NCBI GenBank assembly: GCA_964388955.1
Contig: CAYMCO010000027.1
Span: forward strand, 7,541-71,540
DNA length: 64,000 nt
From: an uncultured Anaerolineaceae bacterium
GTDB taxonomy: Bacteria; Chloroflexota; Anaerolineae; Anaerolineales; E44-bin32
Direction: 5' to 3'
Below are positions 1 to 10,087 of this stretch, one piece after another (the first letter of the stretch is position 1; each line of letters opens with the position of its first letter). A program made the translations under genes and the position numbers. Below the pieces are notes generated by a model. It saw only the letters and a list, made by a program, of their open reading frames with translations. It did not search any database and had not been told where the DNA came from.

Positions 1-582
1 GAGGCGGCCGGACGGCAGCGCCCGACGGAATCGATCGAGCGCGAGCGGCGCGAGCAGGATCAGTGCATCGGGCCGGGTGAGCCATGCCAGCCCACCGGCG
101 ATGGCAGCGGTCGAGTGGCGCTTCTGGATGAATAACAGGATCGTCACGCAGCTCAGGCAGACGAGCAGGCTGGTTTCCATGCCGCCTACGGCGAAGCTCA
201 CCGACCATGGTGCGATGGACCACACCAGGGCGGTCGCCACGCCGGCGGGCTTCACCTCCAATTCCTCCCCGATCTTGATCAATGTCCAGCAAGTGATCCC
301 ATCGAACAGGGCCGCCAGGAGCCATGCCAATTCCGGGAACGGGGCAGCGGGGCCACCCATGAACAAGCCCAGGCCGGCCAGCAGCAGCAGGAACCCAGGT
401 GTCGAGGCCCCAAACACCCGCTCCCCCGGGTTGTATACGATTCCGTGGCCCGCAAGCAGGTTGCGGGCGTAGCGAAAGGTGATGTACGCATCATCGATGG
501 TGCGGGGCCCGGGGATCAGGCGCGCCAGCACAGCGATCGCCACGATGGATAAGCTGGGATCAATACGTCCTGGCTTTGACAC
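1..582 (-). CDS. GT-C-type membrane glycosyltransferase-like protein, 3' end outside the window
   Basis: Not in the ORF track because it runs off the window. Manual translation from GTG 582 gives VSKPGRIDPSLSIVAIAVLARLIPGPRTIDDAYITFRYARNLLAGHGIVYNPGERVFGASTPG. The DD-A-x-I..RYARN first-loop motif is typical of GT-C-like proteins. Confidence 0.8.
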   Translation of the reverse strand, partial: MSKPGRIDPSLSIVAIAVLARLIPGPRTIDDAYITFRYARNLLAGHGIVYNPGERVFGASTPGFLLLLAGLGLFMGGPAAPFPELAWLLAALFDGITCWTLIKIGEELEVKPAGVATALVWSIAPWSVSFAVGGMETSLLVCLSCVTILLFIQKRHSTAAIAGGLAWLTRPDALILLAPLALDRFRRALPSGRL

Positions 583-588
583 GCGCCG

Positions 589-594
589 ATTATA
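589..594 (-). promoter_or_regulatory. -10 box TATAAT, probable leaderless promoter
   Basis: Minus strand reads TATAAT-cggcgc-GTG, with the start codon 6 nt after the box and no SD. Confidence 0.6.
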
Positions 595-778
595 CTGACC
601 CCCTGCGGCGTGTGAAAGCAGTCCTTAGGGGGCATTCGGGCGCCGATGCAACACAAGTACTAGGCCGTTCCCTTGGCGGAAGCGGGCAATATGGGTAACA
701 ATGTGTGATGCGGCTTCCGGCGCTCTCGAGCGGCATGCGCACCAAACGCGTGCCGCCCCGAGACCAGGAGTTCAAGGA

Positions 779-2257
779 TTGAGTTTTCGCAAGCTGATTG
801 TCTCCATCACTTTCTTGGCCGTCCTTACCATGGCGCTGCGGGTCTCCATCGATACGGATACCTGGTGGCACCTGCGGGCGGGAGAGTGGATGGTTGAGCA
901 CCGCGCGATTCTGCGCACGGATCCCTTCTCCCTTACCCGCCTTGGGCAAGAGTGGGTGAATCCCGGATGGCTGGCCCAGATCCTCTTGTTCGGCGTCTAT
1001 CGGCTGGGAGGCTTTCCGGCCCTGAATGCCTTTACTGCGCTGATGGTGCTGGTGGCATTCGCCTTCGCATGGAGCATTATGGAGGCGCCGGTCACCGTAC
1101 GAGCCTTCATTTTGCTCCTGGCGGTGACGGTGTCAGGGGTGTATTGGGCTGCGCGGCCGCATATCCTCTCTTTCGCTCTCGCGGGCGCTTTCCTCTATGT
1201 GCTGGAGCATCACCGGCGCGGGCGGCGGGGGCTCATCTGGTCGCTGCCGCCGCTCATGGCCCTGTGGGTGAACCTGCATGGGGGATTTGCCATCGGTTTC
1301 CTGCTGCTGGGGGCGTACGGCGTGGGGGCGCTCCTTGAGCTGCTTTGGCCCGTGTTGCGCCACGAACGGGGGATCGACGAAGCCTGGGTGGCAAACCGAG
1401 GGCAGGTGAGGGATCTGTGGGCTGCGTTCGGAGCCTCGATAGTCGCGGCAGGCTTCAACCCCCGTGGGTTCGCCATACTGCTCTATCCGTTCCAGACAGT
1501 CTCCATCGGCGCACTGCAGGACTTCATCCAGGAGTGGCAGTCACCGGACTTCCACCAGTTGCATGTGCAGCCCTTCCTGTGGATGCTGCTTCTGACGATG
1601 ATCGCGTGGGCGTATTCCCGGCGGCGGCTGCGCCCCTCGGAGCTGTTTCTGGCGGTGGGTTTCACCTACCTTTCCCTGATGGCCGGCAGGAACATCGCCC
1701 TGTTTGCGCTGGTGACGGCGCCCTCACTGGCGCGCCACACGCAAGGTGCGCTGGAGCCCTACCTTCGGTTGAATTTACGGCCGGATTCTGCCTATCCGCA
1801 GCGCATGCGTATCGTCAACGCCCTGCTCTTCGGTTTGCTGTTGGTGGCGGCCGCGGCGAAAATATCCGTTCCGCTCAGCGGAGAAGTGAACCGGGAGGCC
1901 ATACGCGGGTTCGCTCCCGTAGCCGCTGTAGAGGTCCTCAAACGGGAGGCACCGCGGGGGGATCTCTTCAACTCCTACAATTGGGGGGGCTACTTGATTT
2001 GGGAGGCGTATCCCCAATACCTGACGTTCGTCGATGGACGGACGGATCTGTTCGATGACGAGATCTTGAATGCCTATCTGCTCGCCTGGCGTGCCGAACC
2101 GGGGTGGCAGGACATATTCCGGGATTGGGGGATTCAGGTGGCACTCATCGAACCGGATGCACCGTTGAGGGAAGCGCTCTTGGGCGCCGGGTGGGTGGAG
2201 CGCTATTCCGATGAGCAGGCGGTGCTGCTGACAGGAGATCCGGGAGGCGTGGAGTGA
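779..2257 (+). CDS. GT-C-type membrane glycosyltransferase-like protein
   Basis: Many TM helices, DTDTWWHL in the first loop, WVNLHGGF, and a C-terminal soluble FNSYNWGGYL..FVDGR domain. TTG start chosen from AGGAG at 766-770; the ORF is open from 701. Confidence 0.75.
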   Translation: MSFRKLIVSITFLAVLTMALRVSIDTDTWWHLRAGEWMVEHRAILRTDPFSLTRLGQEWVNPGWLAQILLFGVYRLGGFPALNAFTALMVLVAFAFAWSIMEAPVTVRAFILLLAVTVSGVYWAARPHILSFALAGAFLYVLEHHRRGRRGLIWSLPPLMALWVNLHGGFAIGFLLLGAYGVGALLELLWPVLRHERGIDEAWVANRGQVRDLWAAFGASIVAAGFNPRGFAILLYPFQTVSIGALQDFIQEWQSPDFHQLHVQPFLWMLLLTMIAWAYSRRRLRPSELFLAVGFTYLSLMAGRNIALFALVTAPSLARHTQGALEPYLRLNLRPDSAYPQRMRIVNALLFGLLLVAAAAKISVPLSGEVNREAIRGFAPVAAVEVLKREAPRGDLFNSYNWGGYLIWEAYPQYLTFVDGRTDLFDDEILNAYLLAWRAEPGWQDIFRDWGIQVALIEPDAPLREALLGAGWVERYSDEQAVLLTGDPGGVE

Positions 2258-2311
2258 AGCCTTGGCTCGAAGATGTGCGCTGTGCCGCGAAGGAGAGGAT
2301 GGACTGCCCAG

Positions 2312-3532
2312 ATGACGTCGCAGTCTGAAATGGCCTCCCTCAGCAAGGAAGGCTTCTCCCTCGATCTCAAATACCCGCTGCTCGCGCTGTTCTTGGTGCG
2401 CTTCGGGACCATCATGGCCCAACCCATAGAGGGCTTGGTGGGATACGGTGATTTTCAGCATTTCTTCGATCTGGCTCGTTTCTCGCAGCAACTGGGTGGA
2501 GGTTTGCCTTTTGTCGGTCATTGGGTTGAGTTCCCGCCGCTGTTCCCGTTCTTGAATCTGGTCCTATTCAATCTTTCAGGCGGGCGCTTCCACAACTACG
2601 TGTATGTGCTCTCAATCATCCTCGCGCTGTTCGACATCGGCAGTCTGTGGGTGTTCGGCAAATTGGCGCGGGCGGCCCTGCCCCCCGAACGCCGGTGGGT
2701 CCCTATTTGGCTCTATGCGGCCTTCCTTGCGCTCCCCGCATTCGGTGCCTGGACCTTCGAGCCCATCGCGGTCTTCTTCATGCTCTTGAGTTTGTGGTTG
2801 ATCATCGATGGGGCGCCGGTTCTCGCCGGCATCTCCGCCGGCTTGGGCGCCCTGACGAAAGTCTTTCCTATCCTCTCGTTGATCCTGGCCTGGCGGTATT
2901 GGCGGCCCCGGCAAGCATTCTCGGCTACGCTGGCGGCTGTCGCATTGGTCGCGCTTGTGACGGTTCCCCTCCTGCTGGTCAGCCCGCAGTACACTGCGGC
3001 CTCCTTGGGCAGCCAGGTCTCGAAGGTCTCCCACGGCACAATCTGGGCGTTGGTCGACGGCAACCTCCGCACGGGCAACTTCGGCCCCCTAGAGGAATAT
3101 CTCGACCCCAGCATGGCCTCAGAACTCCGCGGCGAGCCGGCGAGGGTGCCATTATGGGTCACCACGCTCCTCGCGGCGGTGATCGGCCTGTGGGCCTTTC
3201 GGCGGGTGGAGCCTGGACGCCTGCGCAGCGGCCTCGCCTTGCTCGGATTGGGGTGGTGCGTGGTGCTGCTGTGGATGAGAGGTTGGAGCCCGCAATGGCT
3301 TGCGTACCTGGCGCCGTTGATCCTGCTCCTACTGCCCGCACGCCGCGCCGCCGCGTTGCTCATCAACTTGGTAATCGTGTCCCTGCTCGAGTGGCCGCTG
3401 CTGCTCTCGCGCGGGTTCTTCAATCTTCAGTGGGCCCCGATCCTCATCCGAACCGTGCTGCTCCTCGTGGCTGGATTCGAGTTTGCACGTCTCATGATGG
3501 GAGCAAGCTCGCGCCAGAGAATCGAGGTGTAG
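2312..3532 (+). CDS. GT87/DUF2029-like membrane glycosyltransferase
   Basis: Polytopic, with GDF, EFPPLF, GALTKVFP and WSPQW motifs. Start uncertain (2273-2330). Confidence 0.7.
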   Translation: MTSQSEMASLSKEGFSLDLKYPLLALFLVRFGTIMAQPIEGLVGYGDFQHFFDLARFSQQLGGGLPFVGHWVEFPPLFPFLNLVLFNLSGGRFHNYVYVLSIILALFDIGSLWVFGKLARAALPPERRWVPIWLYAAFLALPAFGAWTFEPIAVFFMLLSLWLIIDGAPVLAGISAGLGALTKVFPILSLILAWRYWRPRQAFSATLAAVALVALVTVPLLLVSPQYTAASLGSQVSKVSHGTIWALVDGNLRTGNFGPLEEYLDPSMASELRGEPARVPLWVTTLLAAVIGLWAFRRVEPGRLRSGLALLGLGWCVVLLWMRGWSPQWLAYLAPLILLLLPARRAAALLINLVIVSLLEWPLLLSRGFFNLQWAPILIRTVLLLVAGFEFARLMMGASSRQRIEV

Positions 3533-3533
3533 G

Positions 3534-4790
3534 TTGAGACCAAGACCTTCAATGGGATTGCGGCTTGGGATCGTCTTGTTCGTGCTGGTGGCCCTCGTCG
3601 CACTCGGTTTTGCCAATTACCGTTTTGCGGACGAAGCGCCTGGAGGGAACGATTTTCTCCCTCGTTGGGTCGGAACGCATGCCTGGCTGGAGGATGGAAC
3701 CAGCCCCTATTCCCGCAGCGTCACCTTGGAGGCGCAGCGCATGATCTATGGTCGCCCGGCGGATCCTTCGGAAGGGGAGGATGTCGCGCAGTTCGTCTAT
3801 CCGCTGCCGGCGATTGTCTTCTTCATCCCTTTCGGGCTGATGCCATATACATTGGCCAGGGCGGTATGGATGACTCTGTTGGAAGTTTGCCTGCCCATGC
3901 TGGCCTTGCTCGGCCTCGGAATCGCAAAATGGCGTCCCAAACCCTGGCTGATGAGTGTGCTCGTATTGCTGTCGATCCTCTGGTATCACGGCCTGCGTGC
4001 GGTGATTGTCGGTCAGTTCGCAGTCATCGAGGCGGTCCTGATCGCGGGCGCATTTCTGGCTGTCCAGCGAGAACGCGACGCCTTGGGGGGCATCTTGCTG
4101 GCCCTTTCGCTGGCAAAGCCCCAGATGTCCTTCCTCATCATCCCCTATGTGCTGCTGTGGGCCTACAGCAGGCGCAGGTGGGCGATCATCATCTCGACCT
4201 TCGCTTTCCTGGCCCTCTGGATCGGCGCATCGCTCCTGATCATCCCCGATTGGCCGCTGCAGTGGCTGCGCCAGATCCTCGAGTATCCGGCGTACACGGA
4301 TATAGGCTCCCCGGTTTCCATCCTGGCGGGCCTCGTGCCGCCCGTATCCGATTGGCTGAATCGCATCTTCTCAGGCGCGTTGATTCTGTATATGTTCTGG
4401 GAATGGTATCTGGCGAGGGATCAGTCTGACAATTGGTTCCAATGGACCGCAGCCATGACGCTGGTTGTCACCAACTTGGTCGCGTTCCGCACGGCCACAA
4501 CGAACTACGTCGTCCTCCTGCCGGCTTGGCTGCTGATCTTCTCCGTTTGGGAGCAGCGCTGGGATCGGCGTGGGATCGTCGCTTCCGCCTTGACATCCTT
4601 GGCCCTTGTCGTAGGACCGTGGGTGCTGTTCCTAACTACCGTACAGACGCGCACAGAAAGCGCGGTCATGTACCTGCCGCTTCCCCTTCTGACGCTCGTT
4701 GGCCTGTGGTGGATCCGCTGGTGGAAGCTGCGCGCGCCCGAGATATCTCTCACCGCATCCACCCCCATTTCCAGGCGACTCAATGTCTGA
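3534..4790 (+). CDS. GT87/DUF2029-family glycosyltransferase
   Basis: GNDF, FVYPLP, GQF and LAKPQ motifs typical of PimE/AftC-like GT87 enzymes; polytopic. Confidence 0.8.
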   Translation: MRPRPSMGLRLGIVLFVLVALVALGFANYRFADEAPGGNDFLPRWVGTHAWLEDGTSPYSRSVTLEAQRMIYGRPADPSEGEDVAQFVYPLPAIVFFIPFGLMPYTLARAVWMTLLEVCLPMLALLGLGIAKWRPKPWLMSVLVLLSILWYHGLRAVIVGQFAVIEAVLIAGAFLAVQRERDALGGILLALSLAKPQMSFLIIPYVLLWAYSRRRWAIIISTFAFLALWIGASLLIIPDWPLQWLRQILEYPAYTDIGSPVSILAGLVPPVSDWLNRIFSGALILYMFWEWYLARDQSDNWFQWTAAMTLVVTNLVAFRTATTNYVVLLPAWLLIFSVWEQRWDRRGIVASALTSLALVVGPWVLFLTTVQTRTESAVMYLPLPLLTLVGLWWIRWWKLRAPEISLTASTPISRRLNV

Positions 4791-6264
4791 GACCGGGCTC
4801 GCGTCTCGGTTCCTCGACCGTACCTCATCGCTTGATCGAGGGATCCTGATCGGACTTACGCTTCTTGCGCTCTTGCTGCGTGCCAACCACCTGGGGGCGC
4901 AGAGCTTATGGTTTGATGAGACCTACACGGTCGCAGTCGCGGGCATGCCGGTGGGGGAGGCTCTGCAGGCGCTCATCGCAGATGGGGTGCACCCGCCCCT
5001 CTTTTACTTGGTGGAGAACATCATTCTGCGGCTGGGCCGGAGTGAGATCTTGCTCCGCCTCCCGTCCCTCCTGGCCGGGTCCGCCTCCATCCCACTGATC
5101 TACATCCTGGGAAAACGGTGGCTCGGCCCGCGCGTCGCCCTGTTGACCGCGGCGCTGTTTGCACTCTCGCCATTCGGTGTCTGGTACGCTCAAGACGCCC
5201 GGATGTACTCTTTGTTGGGGATGTTCTCCATCCTGAGCATGCTCTTCTATGACCGGTTGTTGGAGCGCCCTTCGAGAGGGGATCTGGCGGGTTTCGTGCT
5301 CACAAACGCATGTGCCTATCTCACCCACTACTTTGCTTTCTTCCTTCCGATCATTCAGTTGACTCACCAGGCAATCCATCTCCGCCGCCATTGGCGACTT
5401 CTCCGCTCATGGACCGCGGCGGAAGTGGTGGCGGCGACACCGGCGCTTCTCTGGGTGGTTGCGATCGCCCGGCGCGACGCCCAGATCTTCGGCATCGGCT
5501 GGATCCCGAGCCCGCGCATCGAAGATCTTCCCCTCACATTGATGAACTTCACCATCGGAGTGCCCGTTCGAATAGGCCCCGTTCACTGGGCGCTCCTGGC
5601 GATGGCGCTCATGGGCGTCGGGCTAGGGATACGGGCCGGATGGCTCGAGCCAGACCGGAAGTCGCTGGCGCTGCTCTGGTGTCTTCTTCCCATGGTGGTC
5701 AGCTTCTTGGTTTCCTTTCAAAGGCCCGTCTATATCGACCGGTTTTTCATCATCTCGCTTGGCGCTTGGCTGCTGTTGTTGGCAGCTGGGGCCGGAGAAC
5801 TGGAGGGACGGTGGCTTGGACTGGCGTCGGCCACGCTGGCTGGGATTTTGGTCTTCGGCTTGATCCAGGTGAACTGGATCGATCGCCAGACGAAGGAGCA
5901 GTGGCGCGAGGCGGCCGAGTACCTGGAGAAAGCCCGGGAAAATGAAGTCATCGTGCCGCGCGTGCTGCAGATGGTCGTACCGCTGCGCTACTACTTTCGG
6001 GGGGAAGCGCGCATCGAGCCACTGGAGGTGAACCGGGACCGGAAACCACTTTCGGCGGTCACGGCGGGCTTTGACGGAGCCTGGATCGTGTATTGGAATG
6101 CCAGTGCCGACGCACACTGCTTCGCATGCTCGCCCCCCTTCGACCGCTTGGCTGAAACGGCCCCCGACGCGAAGGCCTGGATCTCGGGACTGGGCCCCGA
6201 GTTGGTCGAGCGGGCCGATTTCAAGGGCGTGACAGTGATGCATTTCAAACTGACGGACGGCTGA
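4783..6264 (+). CDS. GT39/GT83 (PMT_2/ArnT-like) glycosyltransferase
   Basis: SLWFDE, HPPLFY, RLPS and QDARMY motifs. ATG 4783 overlaps the previous stop. Confidence 0.85.
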   Translation: MSETGLASRFLDRTSSLDRGILIGLTLLALLLRANHLGAQSLWFDETYTVAVAGMPVGEALQALIADGVHPPLFYLVENIILRLGRSEILLRLPSLLAGSASIPLIYILGKRWLGPRVALLTAALFALSPFGVWYAQDARMYSLLGMFSILSMLFYDRLLERPSRGDLAGFVLTNACAYLTHYFAFFLPIIQLTHQAIHLRRHWRLLRSWTAAEVVAATPALLWVVAIARRDAQIFGIGWIPSPRIEDLPLTLMNFTIGVPVRIGPVHWALLAMALMGVGLGIRAGWLEPDRKSLALLWCLLPMVVSFLVSFQRPVYIDRFFIISLGAWLLLLAAGAGELEGRWLGLASATLAGILVFGLIQVNWIDRQTKEQWREAAEYLEKARENEVIVPRVLQMVVPLRYYFRGEARIEPLEVNRDRKPLSAVTAGFDGAWIVYWNASADAHCFACSPPFDRLAETAPDAKAWISGLGPELVERADFKGVTVMHFKLTDG

Positions 6265-6426
6265 CGCCCATCGCTCGGCTCCTGCGCCAATCGGCCGGCG
6301 GTTCGCGATGTTGGAGCGCGGAATCCCGCAGGGGCAGTCGGAAGGGGCAGCTTGGGTCGGTACGGGAAACTGGGAAGGGAATGAAGGTGCGCCTGCTGGC
6401 GCGTGCTGGGGGAGGGAAGGAGCAGG

Positions 6427-8508
6427 ATGGGGCAGACCCCGCCCAAGCGTTCAGGGAGTAGCACAATTCCAAAGGCGGCCCTGGGTCTACTGGCGGTGCT
6501 TTGGGCCGCGCTGGTGCTTCTCGCCTTCTATTACACGCATAAGCCGGTTCAGCCGGCCCAGGCAGGGGCGTTGGTGAAGTTGATCGTGGCCTTGGTGGCG
6601 TGGATAGGGACCCTGGTCGGCGCCTACTGGCTTGGCGGGTTTGTCGACCGGCTCATCCCCGGCCTCCCCCTGCAGACGCGTTTGCCCCTGCGCGTCGGCT
6701 TCGGACTTGGCGTGCTTGGCATGCTGGTCCTGGCCCTGGGGGCGATTCGTGCCTACTACATTGGTGTAGCCTGGGCCCTCTGGTTCGCCGGGTTGCTCGT
6801 CGGATCGGGGGGGCTTCGGCGGGATCTCAGAAGTCTAAGGCTGCGCCTGCCAACCGATAGGTTCAACCAGCTTCTGGCCGTGTTCGTGGCGCTGGTCGTC
6901 GGCTTGGCTTTCCTCCGTGCCCTGGCTCCGCCCACCGCCTGGGATTCATTGGTCTACCACCTCACAGGTCCAAAACTATACATCCAGGCCCACGGCTTGA
7001 CCCACGATCTGGATCTGCCCTATCTGGGTTTCCCGGCCTGGGGATCCATGCTCTTCACCTGGGGCATGCTGCTTGCCGGACCGGGGGTGGCGCAATTGCT
7101 GCATTTCACGTTCATGCTGCTGACTCTGGCCATCACCGCCGACATGGCTGGGAGCTTTGCACGGGGGCGCGGCTGGCTTTCGGGGGCGCTGCTGTTGGCG
7201 GTACCCAGCTTGGCCATGATCGCCGGTTGGGCTTATGTCGAATGGATGACCATGTTCGCGGCCACGGCAGCATTCTGGTGCCTCTTCCACGGCTTCTTCA
7301 CCGGGGGACGGGTCAGGCCGGGGGATCCGGGGGAAATGGCGGATGGCCGCGTCCTCCAGATGAAAGGCATCGGCACGGGGTCCGAGCCCATCATCCTGGG
7401 GGGCGCCTTGGCAGGCCTGGGGTTCTCGGCGAAATATACACTCGCCGGCCTGGTGGTGGGACTTGGCCTGATCGCCTTCCTGTGTCGTCGATCGTGGAAG
7501 GATCTGTTCGCGTTTGGCGCAGCCTTTACCCTGGTGACGGCCCCATTCCTGATGAAGAACTGGGCGCTGACGGGGAATCCGGTCTACCCCTTCTTCTTCG
7601 CGGGCAGATACTGGGACGCGCATCGCCAGTTCTGGTACAGCCGGCCGGGGACAGGGCTTCCTCTCGCCCAGATCCTGCTTGCGCCTTGGGAGGCCACGGT
7701 CTGGGGTGTGGAGGGCGGTGCGTTCCCTGGTCACGCCTCATACGGCGCCACCATAGGGCCATTACTGCTGACGTTGCTTCCACTCTCCGGACTGTATCTC
7801 GGAGGGGCCGGTGAGCGCGCCCGAATTGTGTTCACCAGAATTCTGGTCCTGTGCGCGGTTGTGGGCGTCCAATGGGGCGCGATGCTTGCGTTTTCGGCGC
7901 TGCTGGTCCAGACGCGTCTGCTGTTTGTCATATTCCCCTTTCTTTCCCTGATGGCAACGCTGGGCCTGGAAGGGCTCCGGCGGTTCTCCTCCCCCCGATT
8001 CCGCGCCGACTTTGTGCTGCGAGCGCTGGTGCTGCTTTCGCTCTCGGTGACGGCGATCGGGGGCTTGCTTTCGTTCGCGGCCAGCTCTCCGCTTGCCGTG
8101 GTCCTGGGGGCGCAGAACCCGTCCGATTATCTGCAAGAACGGCTGGGGGGGTATTATCTGGCGGTGAGCGGAGTAAACGATCTGCCTGGGGCCAGCAGGG
8201 TTGCATTCCTTTGGGAGCCTCGCAGCTACTTCTGTTCCGAAAGGGTGATTTGCGAGCCGGATGCCCTGCTGGACCGCTGGTGGCATCTGCGCCAACATGG
8301 GCTTGGCCCCGAGGCGATCGCCGAAAGCTGGCGGCAGGCCGGTATAAGCCATGTTCTGATCAACTGGTCCGGAGTGGAGGCGGTGCAGGAAGCTGCCTTT
8401 GACCCCTTTGCGGCCGCGGATTGGGAGGCGTTGTCTGAGCTTGTGGATCGAGAGCTAGTCGAGGTGGGAAAATGGGGCGGCTCCTATTCCCTCTATCGGT
8501 TGAGATAG
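6427..8508 (+). CDS. large GT-C-type membrane glycosyltransferase-like protein
   Basis: PPTAWDSLVYHL, AKYT and NWALTGNPVYPF motifs; many TM helices; SD-like GGAGCAGG before ATG 6427. Confidence 0.75.
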   Translation: MGQTPPKRSGSSTIPKAALGLLAVLWAALVLLAFYYTHKPVQPAQAGALVKLIVALVAWIGTLVGAYWLGGFVDRLIPGLPLQTRLPLRVGFGLGVLGMLVLALGAIRAYYIGVAWALWFAGLLVGSGGLRRDLRSLRLRLPTDRFNQLLAVFVALVVGLAFLRALAPPTAWDSLVYHLTGPKLYIQAHGLTHDLDLPYLGFPAWGSMLFTWGMLLAGPGVAQLLHFTFMLLTLAITADMAGSFARGRGWLSGALLLAVPSLAMIAGWAYVEWMTMFAATAAFWCLFHGFFTGGRVRPGDPGEMADGRVLQMKGIGTGSEPIILGGALAGLGFSAKYTLAGLVVGLGLIAFLCRRSWKDLFAFGAAFTLVTAPFLMKNWALTGNPVYPFFFAGRYWDAHRQFWYSRPGTGLPLAQILLAPWEATVWGVEGGAFPGHASYGATIGPLLLTLLPLSGLYLGGAGERARIVFTRILVLCAVVGVQWGAMLAFSALLVQTRLLFVIFPFLSLMATLGLEGLRRFSSPRFRADFVLRALVLLSLSVTAIGGLLSFAASSPLAVVLGAQNPSDYLQERLGGYYLAVSGVNDLPGASRVAFLWEPRSYFCSERVICEPDALLDRWWHLRQHGLGPEAIAESWRQAGISHVLINWSGVEAVQEAAFDPFAAADWEALSELVDRELVEVGKWGGSYSLYRLR

Positions 8509-8527
8509 TGCCTACCCCCTCGGGGAT

Positions 8528-10087
8528 GTGTGCATCAGAACGGGAGGCGCGTTGGGCGTGAGGCCGATCCATTCGGGCCGGTGGCATGACCGCTTGCGGG
8601 AGATACCCGCAATGCCGGCCGTCCTTGTGGTTTCGCTGCTGGCCCGACTCCCGGGCCTTGCCGGCCGGCCCCTCTGGTATGACGAGGCCTTCGCCGTGCT
8701 CTTTTCCTCCAAGGGATTGAGCAAGATGGTGTACGGGACGCTCCAGGTTCAGTCAGGGGTGGCCGCGGATGTGCACCCGCTGTTGTATTACTCCCTGTTG
8801 TGGGCCTGGGGGGATGTTTTCGGCCGGGCGCCGCTCTCGGTCCGCGCACTCTCCCTTCTGATTGGATTGGGGGTCGTGGCCGCCGGCTATTCACTGGCAA
8901 GGGAACTCTTCGGGCCGCGGGTTGGCCTCCTGGCCGGTGTTGTGTTGGCGCTCTCACCCTTTCAGGTGCACTACTCACAAGAAGTCCGGATGTACGGCCT
9001 GCTCGCATTGATTCTCGTGAGCGCTTCCCTGGTGTACTGGAAGGCGCTGCACGGCGGGGCTGGGTGGACATGGCCCATCTTTGGGGTCTTGGCGGGCTTG
9101 GCCATGTACACGCATGTGCTGGCGTCCGTATACCTTGCGGCGCTGGGGCTGACCCCAGTTCTTTGGCGGCGATGGAAAGATCTGGCGAAGACTGCCCTCA
9201 GCACGGCGCTGGCGGCCGCCATCTATCTGCCTTGGATGATCCGTTTGCCGGGGCAGGTGGCCCGCGTGGACACTGCCTATTGGGTCCAGACACCCGGGCC
9301 GGTGGAATTGGTGCGGACCCTGTTGGTTTTCGTGGGCGGCCTCCCGGTCCCCCAGTGGGCGTTGCCCATCTTGCTCTTCTGCGGGGTGATGCTGCTGGTT
9401 CTGGGTGGTTGGGCCACATTGCGGGCCAGCCGATCCGGCGATGCATCCGGCCGAGCCGGGCGGTGGCTCTTGTACCTTGCACTGGCCCCGATCTCCCTGC
9501 TCTACCTGATCTCCCTCTGGACTCCGGTGTACATCGAGCGCGCCTTGCTTCCTTCGGGAGTGACATTTCTCATATGGCTGAGTTGGGCCCTGGGAACCCA
9601 CCTTATGCCCGGGGTGATGCGTTGGACGGGCTGGGTTGCCATGGCGGTGGCGTTCGCGCTGGGACTCCTCGGCCTCTTCACCTACCGGGGGTTCCCCTAT
9701 GCGCCCTTCGAGCAGCTGGATCGGGAGTTGGCGCGGGCGATCGGGCCGGGGGATGTCATCCTGCACAGCAACAAGCTGACCGCCATCCCGGCCGTATATT
9801 ATGCGCCAGACCTCCCACAACAGTTTCTGGCCGATCCCTCCGGTTCCGGGTCGGATACGCTGGCCCCTGCCACGCAGCAAGTGCTGGGCTTGATCGCGGA
9901 CCCAGACGCCGCGGCCGCGGTCGGGGATGCCCGGCGGGTGTTCTTTATCGTTTTTGAGCGGGAGCAGGAAGAATATCGATCGCACGGGGAGGCTGGCCCC
10001 CCGGCTCTCGACTGGCTCGGGGGGCACTTCGCGCTGGCGAAGGCGCAGAGCTGGGATGATCTGGTGCTATATGAATTCTCGCGTTAG
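8528..10087 (+). CDS. GT39/GT83 (PMT_2/ArnT-like) glycosyltransferase
   Basis: LWYDE, DVHPLLYY and SQEVRMY motifs; paralogue of 4783-6264. Start uncertain (8528-8612). Confidence 0.85.
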   Translation: MCIRTGGALGVRPIHSGRWHDRLREIPAMPAVLVVSLLARLPGLAGRPLWYDEAFAVLFSSKGLSKMVYGTLQVQSGVAADVHPLLYYSLLWAWGDVFGRAPLSVRALSLLIGLGVVAAGYSLARELFGPRVGLLAGVVLALSPFQVHYSQEVRMYGLLALILVSASLVYWKALHGGAGWTWPIFGVLAGLAMYTHVLASVYLAALGLTPVLWRRWKDLAKTALSTALAAAIYLPWMIRLPGQVARVDTAYWVQTPGPVELVRTLLVFVGGLPVPQWALPILLFCGVMLLVLGGWATLRASRSGDASGRAGRWLLYLALAPISLLYLISLWTPVYIERALLPSGVTFLIWLSWALGTHLMPGVMRWTGWVAMAVAFALGLLGLFTYRGFPYAPFEQLDRELARAIGPGDVILHSNKLTAIPAVYYAPDLPQQFLADPSGSGSDTLAPATQQVLGLIADPDAAAAVGDARRVFFIVFEREQEEYRSHGEAGPPALDWLGGHFALAKAQSWDDLVLYEFSR